Shown: positions 40,856 to 48,632 of the stretch, piece after piece | Position numbering within the stretch: the first letter of the stretch is position 1 | Layout of the letters: each line of letters starts with the position of its first letter | Assembly: GCA_050298595.1 (NCBI GenBank) | Contig: JBNKUM010000094.1 | Coordinates: forward strand, 64,001 to 128,000 | Reading direction: 5' to 3' | Length of the DNA: 64,000 nt | From: Gammaproteobacteria bacterium | GTDB lineage: Bacteria; Pseudomonadota; Gammaproteobacteria; GCA-001735895 | Program-made: the position numbers and the translations under genes | The notes under the pieces: model-generated | Databases searched by the model: none | Told to the model about the DNA's origin: nothing | Seen by the model: only the letters and a program-made list of their open reading frames with translations

Positions 40856-42373
40856 ATGAACACCCAATGTAATCAATCAGGATTCGCCTTATTGATTTTT
40901 GTTGTTGTGTTATTGGGTATCGCTGGTGTAGTCGGTTCTGAATTAATCCAGAGTCGGACGAAAACCGTGCAGGTCAAAAAAATGAAGCATGATCAGGCGG
41001 TGTTGCAAATGGCCAAGCAGGCCTTGTTAGGATATGCGGTTAAATATCATACTGCCCCAGGTGGGTTGTACGATATGGGGCGTTTACCCTGTCCTGATTA
41101 TACAGAACTCGGTGTTGCTTCAGAAGGTACTCAAGATGGGCCCTGTGGCGCAATCCATGTAAATGCCCAGGGTTTTCTGCCATGGAAAACATTGGGCCTT
41201 GATTCGATAAAAGACAGCAATGGCGACTGCCTGTGGTATGTAGTATCGGGTGATTACAAAGATAGAGCCGAGGCCCGCATGTTAAATGAAGATACCAATG
41301 GATTATTAAAGGTACAAGATGAGAATGGACAGCTGTATAACGGGGCTAATCCAGATGACCGACCTATCGCTCTGATCATTGCTCCAGGGCCCCTTCTTTC
41401 TGGTCAGGATCGCACGCCTTCTAATAATGCCTTGACGCATTGTCGTGGTAATTATGGAGATGAAAATGAATATCTTGAATCAGGAGGTAGCGTTAATTAT
41501 ACCACCAACCATGTGCCTACTGCCGATACGATCTGGACCTATGTGTATGGAACACTGAATAATGATCTGGATAATACTAATTATAATGATCGTATGGTAT
41601 GGATCACCAAATCGGAATACTGGGATGCTGTGAAGGCTCAGGGGGATCTGGAAGCTGCGGATCCCAGCAAAGAAATAAATATATTAACGCAAAAATTAGC
41701 CCAATGCCTGGCTGGATATGCAAATGATATTTCAAATGAAAATCACTGGTTGCCCTGGCCAGCACCAATAGGTTTGGCCGATTATCGAACAGACAGTCTC
41801 TATGCAGATCAGGATGATCCATCTGATTTGATGGGGCGTTTCCCTACAGATATAACTAATAGTAATACAAAGGAAGGTAATGAAACCTCTTCTGCTATAT
41901 CAGTCTTCCCCGATATGACAGATATACTTTCAACTTGCCTGTTGCCGGATGATAAGATGCTCTGGCAAAACTGGAAAGATCACTTTTTCTATGTAGTTTC
42001 GGAAGAGTTTAAGATAGATGGGGCTACAGGTGGTGACTTAACCACAAGGTGTTCGTCAGGAAAATGTGTCACTATAGCTGGTCTTTCTGATGATCTGGCT
42101 GGTATAGTTTTCTATGCAAATAGTGTGGAAATTGGTGAATCGAGGAGTGCGGGGAATGTGGGAACAGATCCTGATGAAAAACAGGATATTACCCAGTATC
42201 TGTCTTCAATAGCTTCACAACCCACAATTTGGAATGCCCACCAATATCCGAATGATGCAGCTTATACAGGTGCTGGAGGTGTAGTGAATCAGTATTACCG
42301 GGATCTTGATGATATCACTTACTGTATCAAAGTGAGTTCATCTACAAAATTGGAGGTGTCTGATTGTAGCTGA
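40856..42373 (+). CDS. Large pilin-like protein lacking E5 (GspK/PilX-like; possible tip protein)
   Basis: QSG|FALLIFVVVLLG; GRLPCPD, GFLPWKTLGL; many Cys and Asp. Confidence 0.7.
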   Translation: MNTQCNQSGFALLIFVVVLLGIAGVVGSELIQSRTKTVQVKKMKHDQAVLQMAKQALLGYAVKYHTAPGGLYDMGRLPCPDYTELGVASEGTQDGPCGAIHVNAQGFLPWKTLGLDSIKDSNGDCLWYVVSGDYKDRAEARMLNEDTNGLLKVQDENGQLYNGANPDDRPIALIIAPGPLLSGQDRTPSNNALTHCRGNYGDENEYLESGGSVNYTTNHVPTADTIWTYVYGTLNNDLDNTNYNDRMVWITKSEYWDAVKAQGDLEAADPSKEINILTQKLAQCLAGYANDISNENHWLPWPAPIGLADYRTDSLYADQDDPSDLMGRFPTDITNSNTKEGNETSSAISVFPDMTDILSTCLLPDDKMLWQNWKDHFFYVVSEEFKIDGATGGDLTTRCSSGKCVTIAGLSDDLAGIVFYANSVEIGESRSAGNVGTDPDEKQDITQYLSSIASQPTIWNAHQYPNDAAYTGAGGVVNQYYRDLDDITYCIKVSSSTKLEVSDCS

Positions 42374-43131
42374 TGAGTATTAAGTTTAAGAAAACTCGGG
42401 GCTTTACATTAATAGAGATCGCTATTGTTCTGATAGTGCTTACTATACTCCTTGGTTATACCGTCGCGATGGTGCCAGTTCAGCAGGAGCTTAAGCAATA
42501 TCGTAAAGCTGACAAAGAGATGGATAAAATCCTGGATGCGCTGTATGCCTACGCTCAGGTTAATGGTCGGTTGCCGTGTGCTGATGATATGGCTAGTGCT
42601 GATGGGGTTGCCGATCCAGAAACAGCGACCACTTCCTGTACCGTATGGTACGGATATATACCGAGTAAAACGCTTGGGCTGGAAGGGAATTTAAATGCTC
42701 AGTTTTCTATACTAGATCCCTGGGGGCAGCCTTACCGGTATCAAGTTACTCAAGCTAATGGAGGTGGCTTTGTCAATGATATACAAGCTATCGGCATTCC
42801 AAGTTTTGCACCTGATTTAGAGGTTTGTACAATCCATCCAGCAGTTGGTGCTGAAGAACCTTCGTGTGGAAGTGCAGCTAAAACTGTAGCAAAAGGCATT
42901 CCTGCTGTAGTTCTTTCTCTTGGTAAAGATATAGGGCGAAACCCTTCAGGCATCCAGAAGGAGAACCTGGACAATGGGGATGATAGTAATAGTAATGGTA
43001 GTTTTGAGGATTATGTGTTTGTAAAATCAACCCGTAGCAATGCCAGCGGTGATGAGTTTGACGATGTGGTTAAATGGATCGTACCCAATGTCCTTTACTC
43101 AAAAATGATCGATGCTGGTAAATTACCCTAA
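42373..43131 (+). CDS. Prepilin-type minor pilin
   Basis: RG|FTLIEIAIVL; NGRLPC, DPWGQPYRY, FDDVVKW. Confidence 0.85.
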   Translation: MSIKFKKTRGFTLIEIAIVLIVLTILLGYTVAMVPVQQELKQYRKADKEMDKILDALYAYAQVNGRLPCADDMASADGVADPETATTSCTVWYGYIPSKTLGLEGNLNAQFSILDPWGQPYRYQVTQANGGGFVNDIQAIGIPSFAPDLEVCTIHPAVGAEEPSCGSAAKTVAKGIPAVVLSLGKDIGRNPSGIQKENLDNGDDSNSNGSFEDYVFVKSTRSNASGDEFDDVVKWIVPNVLYSKMIDAGKLP

Positions 43132-43146
43132 GGAACAAAGTTGGGC

Positions 43147-43905
43147 ATGAATCAAAACGCCGCTGGTTTTACCCTGATAGAAGTTTCCCTGGTTTTACTG
43201 ATTGTGACTATCCTGCTAGGGTATTCACTTGGGGTGTATCCAGTGCAGCAGGAGTTGAAACAATACAGAGCAGCCCAAACTGAAATGGATTCCATTATCC
43301 AGCGCCTGTTATATTTCGCCGAGATTAATGGCCGTTTACCCTGTCCTGATACTAGTACCGGCGGTACTGTAAATGGTCAGGAAGATCTAAATGGCCCTGG
43401 AAAATGTAGATCTATATATGCTTATCTACCGGGCAGAGATCTGGGAATGCAGGGCAACTACGATTCAAACAATCGCTTACTCGATCCCTGGGGGCAACCG
43501 TATAGGTATGGTGTTTCAAGTTCTACCAGTAATGCGGCGGATAATTTTGTTGATCGGAATCAGATTCGAGCTCAGGGTGTTGATGGAATGAATGGTGATA
43601 TTTTTATCTGTGATGATAGTAACACTACCGGTGCTAATGCAAACTGTTCAACAGTATCCGGCAATGAAGTGATGAGTCGTGTTGCAGCGATTGTAGTTTC
43701 TACCGGTAAGGACAGGGGGCGTACTCCCACTTCCAATATACAGGCTGAGAATCAGGATAACTTTAATAATTCATCGACTGCAGATCATGTCTACATATAT
43801 GCTCAACGTAGTGATGCTAGTGGTGCTGAATATGATGATCTGGTCAAGTGGTTACCTACAAACCTTTTACTATCAAAGCTTATCGAAGCGGGCCAGCTGC
43901 CCTAA
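43147..43905 (+). CDS. Prepilin-type minor pilin, tandem paralogue of the previous gene
   Basis: AG|FTLIEVSLVL; QQELKQYR, NGRLPCPD, DPWGQPYRY, YDDLVKW, AGQLP. Confidence 0.85.
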   Translation: MNQNAAGFTLIEVSLVLLIVTILLGYSLGVYPVQQELKQYRAAQTEMDSIIQRLLYFAEINGRLPCPDTSTGGTVNGQEDLNGPGKCRSIYAYLPGRDLGMQGNYDSNNRLLDPWGQPYRYGVSSSTSNAADNFVDRNQIRAQGVDGMNGDIFICDDSNTTGANANCSTVSGNEVMSRVAAIVVSTGKDRGRTPTSNIQAENQDNFNNSSTADHVYIYAQRSDASGAEYDDLVKWLPTNLLLSKLIEAGQLP

Positions 43906-43920
43906 AGTCGGCTAGAAAAT

Positions 43921-45603
43921 TTATTCACCTATATGTTGAAACAGGCTAAAGCAAACCCTGCCCTTTTCATTGCTTGCTAATTCCAGCTCAAAATTAAAAG
44001 ACCTTGCCATAATTGCCGATTGATACAGGCCTATACCCATGCCTTCGCCTGAGGATACGGGTTTTATAAAAAGGTTACTTTCGAGGTCTGCTTTCACCTG
44101 ACTTCCATTGTCACACACTGTGACAACTATCATTTCAGTGTTGGCAGTAATATCAATGATTACCTGGCTGACCTCATTTTTATTTTGAGTGTTCGATAAC
44201 AGGTTGTTGATGACACTATCAAATAATTCACAGGGGATGGCATGGTTAAGGCTGATATCCTGATTAACGATTAACCATGGGTAGCTATGTTCAGATTGAA
44301 AGCGCTTAAGCCAGTCCTTAATACTGATGATTTTGATGGATGTTGATATCTCCGGTGATTTTAGCTTTTCAAGGGTTGACTCAAGTCTACTGCTAATCTG
44401 ATCCAGGTTTTGCCTAAGTAGTTTATTGGATTTTTGTTTTTTGTCATCTGAAGTGGCTTGCACAATATCAAGAGAGGTTTTAATGGACTGCAGAATATTT
44501 TTTATGTCATGCGTCAATCGGGCGCCGGTGTGGTGAATGGTTTCAAAATGCTCCTCAGCGCGTATTTTATCCTGATTCAATTTGGCTAGATAAAATTGAT
44601 AAGCCATTCGAATCAGGAGAATAGTATGTTGTCGTAAAGCTTTTCCTGGGTCGGATTTGAAGTAAATGGTGACTAAAATTTGTTCCGATAGCTGGTGACG
44701 GAATACGGCGCCATTTCTGGGGCCTGATGCAATGGTAAAGCCTTTGAATTGCCATTGAATTCCATTTAGCCAATCGTTTTCAATCAAGTGTTCACAGGCT
44801 GCCTGTAAGAATTCAGATGCTGATATATAGGGCTCTTCTATCAGTGTGGTTAAGGTGTTTATCCAGATTTCAAAAGGCCCTCCAATAGTCATTGCGTAAC
44901 GGTTCCAGAGCACTCCCAGACCTGAATAACCAACGCCAGGGTTCCAGAACCAACTGATACCGATGGAAAGTGTTGATACAATGAAAACCGTTAAAAGCAG
45001 CCCATCGAGGTAGTCAACACCATATAAAAGGTTGATCACTATACCGCCGAGTAAGGCAAGGAATATTAATGTAGCGGTTAGCAGACCATGCATAAACTCT
45101 ATCTGACTGCGCGGTTGCTGTGTTCTATCAGGGCTAGGGGCAAAGAAAAACCCCAGGATTGGGATTAATAACAGGGTTTGAATTAATGAGGTAAATTGAA
45201 CAGGAAGATTAATTTGCGCAAAGGTATCCGGGATGATGCCAATCGCCATCTCAATGATTAGAATAGACATGGCAAGTAAATCAAAAGCTCTTGAAGTATT
45301 CTGGCTAAATAAACGGCTTCCAAGAAGTCCAGAAACAATCAGGCTGAACAGGATGAGTGATTCGTTTTGATAGTAATAACTGAAAGTTAGCAGCAATATT
45401 ATTAGTATAAAGGATGGAAGTGTATTGATTTTTGTGTCTTTTCCCCATAATGGTTGCCACATAAAAAATAAACCATATAGTACTAACACCATCGAAAACT
45501 GGATAAACTTGTCTGAAAATGTCCAGGTGAGACTGTGAAGTAAAAGTAATATGGAGGCAAGTATTTGCTGCTCTAATACTATTAATAAGTTAACTAGCTT
45601 CAT
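43921..45603 (-). CDS. Multi-TM sensor histidine kinase
   Basis: About 7 TM segments; H-box LTHDIKN, N-box NNLLSN, DNG, GMGIGL. Confidence 0.88.
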   Translation of the reverse strand: MKLVNLLIVLEQQILASILLLLHSLTWTFSDKFIQFSMVLVLYGLFFMWQPLWGKDTKINTLPSFILIILLLTFSYYYQNESLILFSLIVSGLLGSRLFSQNTSRAFDLLAMSILIIEMAIGIIPDTFAQINLPVQFTSLIQTLLLIPILGFFFAPSPDRTQQPRSQIEFMHGLLTATLIFLALLGGIVINLLYGVDYLDGLLLTVFIVSTLSIGISWFWNPGVGYSGLGVLWNRYAMTIGGPFEIWINTLTTLIEEPYISASEFLQAACEHLIENDWLNGIQWQFKGFTIASGPRNGAVFRHQLSEQILVTIYFKSDPGKALRQHTILLIRMAYQFYLAKLNQDKIRAEEHFETIHHTGARLTHDIKNILQSIKTSLDIVQATSDDKKQKSNKLLRQNLDQISSRLESTLEKLKSPEISTSIKIISIKDWLKRFQSEHSYPWLIVNQDISLNHAIPCELFDSVINNLLSNTQNKNEVSQVIIDITANTEMIVVTVCDNGSQVKADLESNLFIKPVSSGEGMGIGLYQSAIMARSFNFELELASNEKGRVCFSLFQHIGE

Positions 45604-45636
45604 TACAATTTATGGGTCATATTTAAGGAGTTATAG

Positions 45637-46416
45637 GTGTTTTCACAAACTATAGCATTGTTTAGATATTTACTGAGCGGTCTTATAAATACTCGGTTAT
45701 TAATACTATTGCTGGGTATTACTCTTACAGGCATTTTGTCAGGCCAATATATTTCTGAATTAGCTATCATCAATAGCAAACTTATCGGATTGGCTTTTAC
45801 TGCTGAGTTGTTGCGTTACTGCCTTTTGTTTTTCATGGTCGTCTCTATAGCCTATCGTATCTCTCAAGATTATGAGCTTGGTCAATTTGATCGATTGTTG
45901 TCTATGCCTATCACAAGAGCTCAGTATGTTTTTTCCCAACTATTAGTCATTCTAACTGCCGGGTTTATATTTTCGATTCCAGTCATTGTCTCTATGCCTT
46001 TTTTTGCGTCATTTCCACTGGCGGTATACTGGTTTTTATCGGTTTATCTGGAGTTGATACTGATAGGTCTGTTTACAATGCTGGCTATTCTGAGCCTGGA
46101 AAAATTGCCAGTAGCTATTATTTTTAGTGTTGCAGCCTATTTGCTATCAAGATTAATTCCACAGATTAATAGCGCTCTCGAACAATCTGTTGATTATTAC
46201 TCTGATGAAGTGACTTTCAGGTTTTCTGAATATCTGTTTAAGTTATTACAGTATGTTTTACCAACCTCGAGCTCTTTTGCACAAAATAATATATTGTTTG
46301 AGCTGGTTGTTAACTGGGAAAATCTTATCGAACAATCTCTGTCTGTTTTTATTTATGGTGGATTCTTGTTATTTATCAGTTTGATTGATTTTTATCGAAA
46401 GGAATTTAATCATTGA
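45637..46416 (+). CDS. ABC-2 type transporter permease (PilI-like)
   Basis: About 6 TM; LLSMPITRAQYV motif; AAGGAG RBS. Confidence 0.75.
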   Translation: MFSQTIALFRYLLSGLINTRLLILLLGITLTGILSGQYISELAIINSKLIGLAFTAELLRYCLLFFMVVSIAYRISQDYELGQFDRLLSMPITRAQYVFSQLLVILTAGFIFSIPVIVSMPFFASFPLAVYWFLSVYLELILIGLFTMLAILSLEKLPVAIIFSVAAYLLSRLIPQINSALEQSVDYYSDEVTFRFSEYLFKLLQYVLPTSSSFAQNNILFELVVNWENLIEQSLSVFIYGGFLLFISLIDFYRKEFNH

Positions 46417-47141
46417 GAAATAATTCCTACCGAAGCGTTAAACAGGTTCCATTGCTAATCCTATGCATGGCAGTGTTTTTCATGCTACTTCAATTAGAGT
46501 TGAGCATTAAGCAAAAAGAAAATAATAAGTATTCTTTTCAGCAATTAACTAAGCCTCAAAATGTAGACTTTTACAGGATGATCTCGTTAGGCTCGAATCG
46601 GTTGATGAGTTATCTGTTAGCGATAGGTCTTCAATTACATGATAATCAAAAGGGTAAGCATGTCTCTTACTCACGTCTTGATTATGATTTTCTTAGCCAA
46701 TGGTTGCGTACTGTTTACTTGCTTAATCCTGACTCTGAATACCCCGCTTTTTTAGCCTCTAGAGTTTATAGTCAGGTAAAAGAAAAAAATAAAGTAAGAT
46801 TAATGATTCAACAGATAGAGTTGATGTTCGAATCAAACCCGCAGAAGTTTTGGCGTAGAATGACTGAAGCCTGTTTGCTAGCCAAACATCAGCTTAAAGA
46901 CCTGGATCTGGCGCTTAATCTCGCGAAGCAGATTTCATCATTACCACAGTCAATAAAAATGCCGTTTTGGGCAAGAGATATGAAGCTGATATTACTGGAT
47001 GAACTTGATCAGAACGAATCGGCTGCACTGTTAATCGTGAGCCTGTTACAAAGTGGTCAAATTATAGATACAGATGAGAAAAGATTTTTAGAATTCAGGC
47101 TGTCGAAAATTAAACAGAAGATGTCTGAATTTGGACAGTGA
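46413..47141 (+). CDS. Membrane-anchored helical/TPR-like protein (PilG/XapA-like by context)
   Basis: N-terminal TM; LDY..L..WL...LNP..EYP; PFWARDM; lies between permease and pilin. Confidence 0.55.
   Translation: MRNNSYRSVKQVPLLILCMAVFFMLLQLELSIKQKENNKYSFQQLTKPQNVDFYRMISLGSNRLMSYLLAIGLQLHDNQKGKHVSYSRLDYDFLSQWLRTVYLLNPDSEYPAFLASRVYSQVKEKNKVRLMIQQIELMFESNPQKFWRRMTEACLLAKHQLKDLDLALNLAKQISSLPQSIKMPFWARDMKLILLDELDQNESAALLIVSLLQSGQIIDTDEKRFLEFRLSKIKQKMSEFGQ
47101..47137. promoter_or_regulatory. Tandem putative enhancer sites (TGT-N10-ACA x2) for a sigma54 activator
   Basis: TGTCGAAAATTAAACA (47101-47116) and TGTCTGAATTTGGACA (47122-47137), starts 21 bp apart. Confidence 0.6.
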
Positions 47142-47200
47142 TAGCGCTTTTGGCTGGTCTTTGAAACTATCTTGTCTGAAAACCCAATGATTATAAGTTT

Positions 47201-47216
47201 TGGTATATTATATGCA
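47201..47216 (+). promoter_or_regulatory. Sigma54 (-24/-12) promoter of the pilin gene
   Basis: TGGTAT-ATTAT-ATGCA: exact GG-N10-GC spacing, ending about 30 nt before the ATG, GGAG RBS between. Confidence 0.75.
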
Positions 47217-47245
47217 TAATATAGTGTAGTTGATTGGAGAATGGT

Positions 47246-47857
47246 ATGAATACATTTAAGAATAAAGGTTTTACACTAGTTGAGATAGCGATAGTTCTGG
47301 TCATTGTTGGACTGTTGATAGGTGGTGTACTAAAAGGTCAGGAAATGATCACAAATGCAAAGCTAAAGCGTATCGAGTCTGATAATGCGGGTATCGCAGC
47401 GGCGATGTTTTCCTATCAGGATCGTTACCTGCAATTACCAGGAGATGATAGTGCTGCTTCCTCAAGATTTGATGTTACAGTGGTTGGTGATGGGGATGGG
47501 AATGGCATAATCGGAAGTGGGAATGACTGGGCATCTTCCGATTCTGCTGCTGAAACATCACTTTTTTGGTCTCACTTGCGTGCTGCAGGTCTAGTAGCGG
47601 GTAATGCAGCAGATACCACCAGGCCTTCTAATGCTTATGGAGGTAAGATTGGAGTTCAGGATGGTTTTGGCACTATATCAGGGCATGTCACGGTATTCGG
47701 TCAAATTGAAGGACCCATCGCAAAAATCCTTGAAGCTCGACTTGATGATGGCAGTCCTGCGACGGGAAGAATGCAGGGTCGAAAAACTTCAGATGCTGCT
47801 TTAAGTGTAACTGCATATACTGATAGTGAACGTTTTAATCTAGGCTTTCGTTTGTAA
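47246..47857 (+). CDS. Probable major pilin of the second type IV filament system
   Basis: KG|FTLVEIAIVLVIVGLLIGGVLKGQEMI; LPGD, W.HL..AGL, LDDG; own promoter and downstream hairpin. Confidence 0.8.
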   Translation: MNTFKNKGFTLVEIAIVLVIVGLLIGGVLKGQEMITNAKLKRIESDNAGIAAAMFSYQDRYLQLPGDDSAASSRFDVTVVGDGDGNGIIGSGNDWASSDSAAETSLFWSHLRAAGLVAGNAADTTRPSNAYGGKIGVQDGFGTISGHVTVFGQIEGPIAKILEARLDDGSPATGRMQGRKTSDAALSVTAYTDSERFNLGFRL

Positions 47858-47883
47858 GGGATTCCCGGGTTAAGATTCTAATT

Positions 47884-47902
47884 ACCCGCCACTGTGGCGG
47901 GT
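47884..47902 (+). terminator. GC-rich hairpin with weak U tract between pilin and ABC ATPase
   Basis: ACCCGCCA-ctg-TGGCGGGT followed by TATT; ends 4 nt before the next ATG. Confidence 0.6.
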
Positions 47903-47906
47903 TATT

Positions 47907-48620
47907 ATGATTAAAATCGATAAATTACAATTTTCATACAATTCCCATTCAGTTCTGAATAGCCTGTCGTTACTTATTGAAAAAAACCATTATTTCGCCT
48001 TAGCTGGATTGAATGGTGCGGGTAAGACCACTCTTATTCGTTTAATAGTGGACTTGTTAAGGTCTCCGAATAAATCCGATATACAGATTAACGGGCTCAG
48101 TAGCTGGCGTGTTGATAGCAGAAAGAGTCTGATCTACCTGCCTGAGAAATTCAAACTTAGCTCAAATACTACTGCACTGGAATATTTTAAGTTGCTATCA
48201 GGCGTGTATCGGCAAAACCTTGATCGAAAGAAACTTGAATTCCTTTGCGGCCAGTTAGATTTCCCTGTTGACTCATTGGCTAAAAGGTCAGCAACCTACT
48301 CAAAGGGTATGCTACAAAAGGTGGGATTAATGGGCTGTTTTATTCTGGATTTACCTATTATGTTGCTTGATGAGCCTTTGAGTGGTCTAGACCCAAAGGC
48401 AAGACTCCAGGTAAAAAAACTTCTGTTAGAAGAAAAGAAAAAAACTAGCAAAACACTATTTTATAGCACCCATATGCTTTCGGATGTTGATGAGCTTTGT
48501 GATAGCTTCGGTATTTTGCATAACGGTAGCTTAAAGTTTCTCGGTACCCCTATGGATTGCCTGTCAACTTATGAGTCTGACACTCTTGAGCAGGCATACA
48601 TGAAGTGCATTGAAGCGTAG
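47907..48620 (+). CDS. ABC transporter ATP-binding protein (PilH-like)
   Basis: GLNGAGKTT, YSKGMLQK, LLDEPLSGLDP, STH. Confidence 0.92.
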   Translation: MIKIDKLQFSYNSHSVLNSLSLLIEKNHYFALAGLNGAGKTTLIRLIVDLLRSPNKSDIQINGLSSWRVDSRKSLIYLPEKFKLSSNTTALEYFKLLSGVYRQNLDRKKLEFLCGQLDFPVDSLAKRSATYSKGMLQKVGLMGCFILDLPIMLLDEPLSGLDPKARLQVKKLLLEEKKKTSKTLFYSTHMLSDVDELCDSFGILHNGSLKFLGTPMDCLSTYESDTLEQAYMKCIEA

Positions 48621-48632
48621 CAAAGCTCTGCT

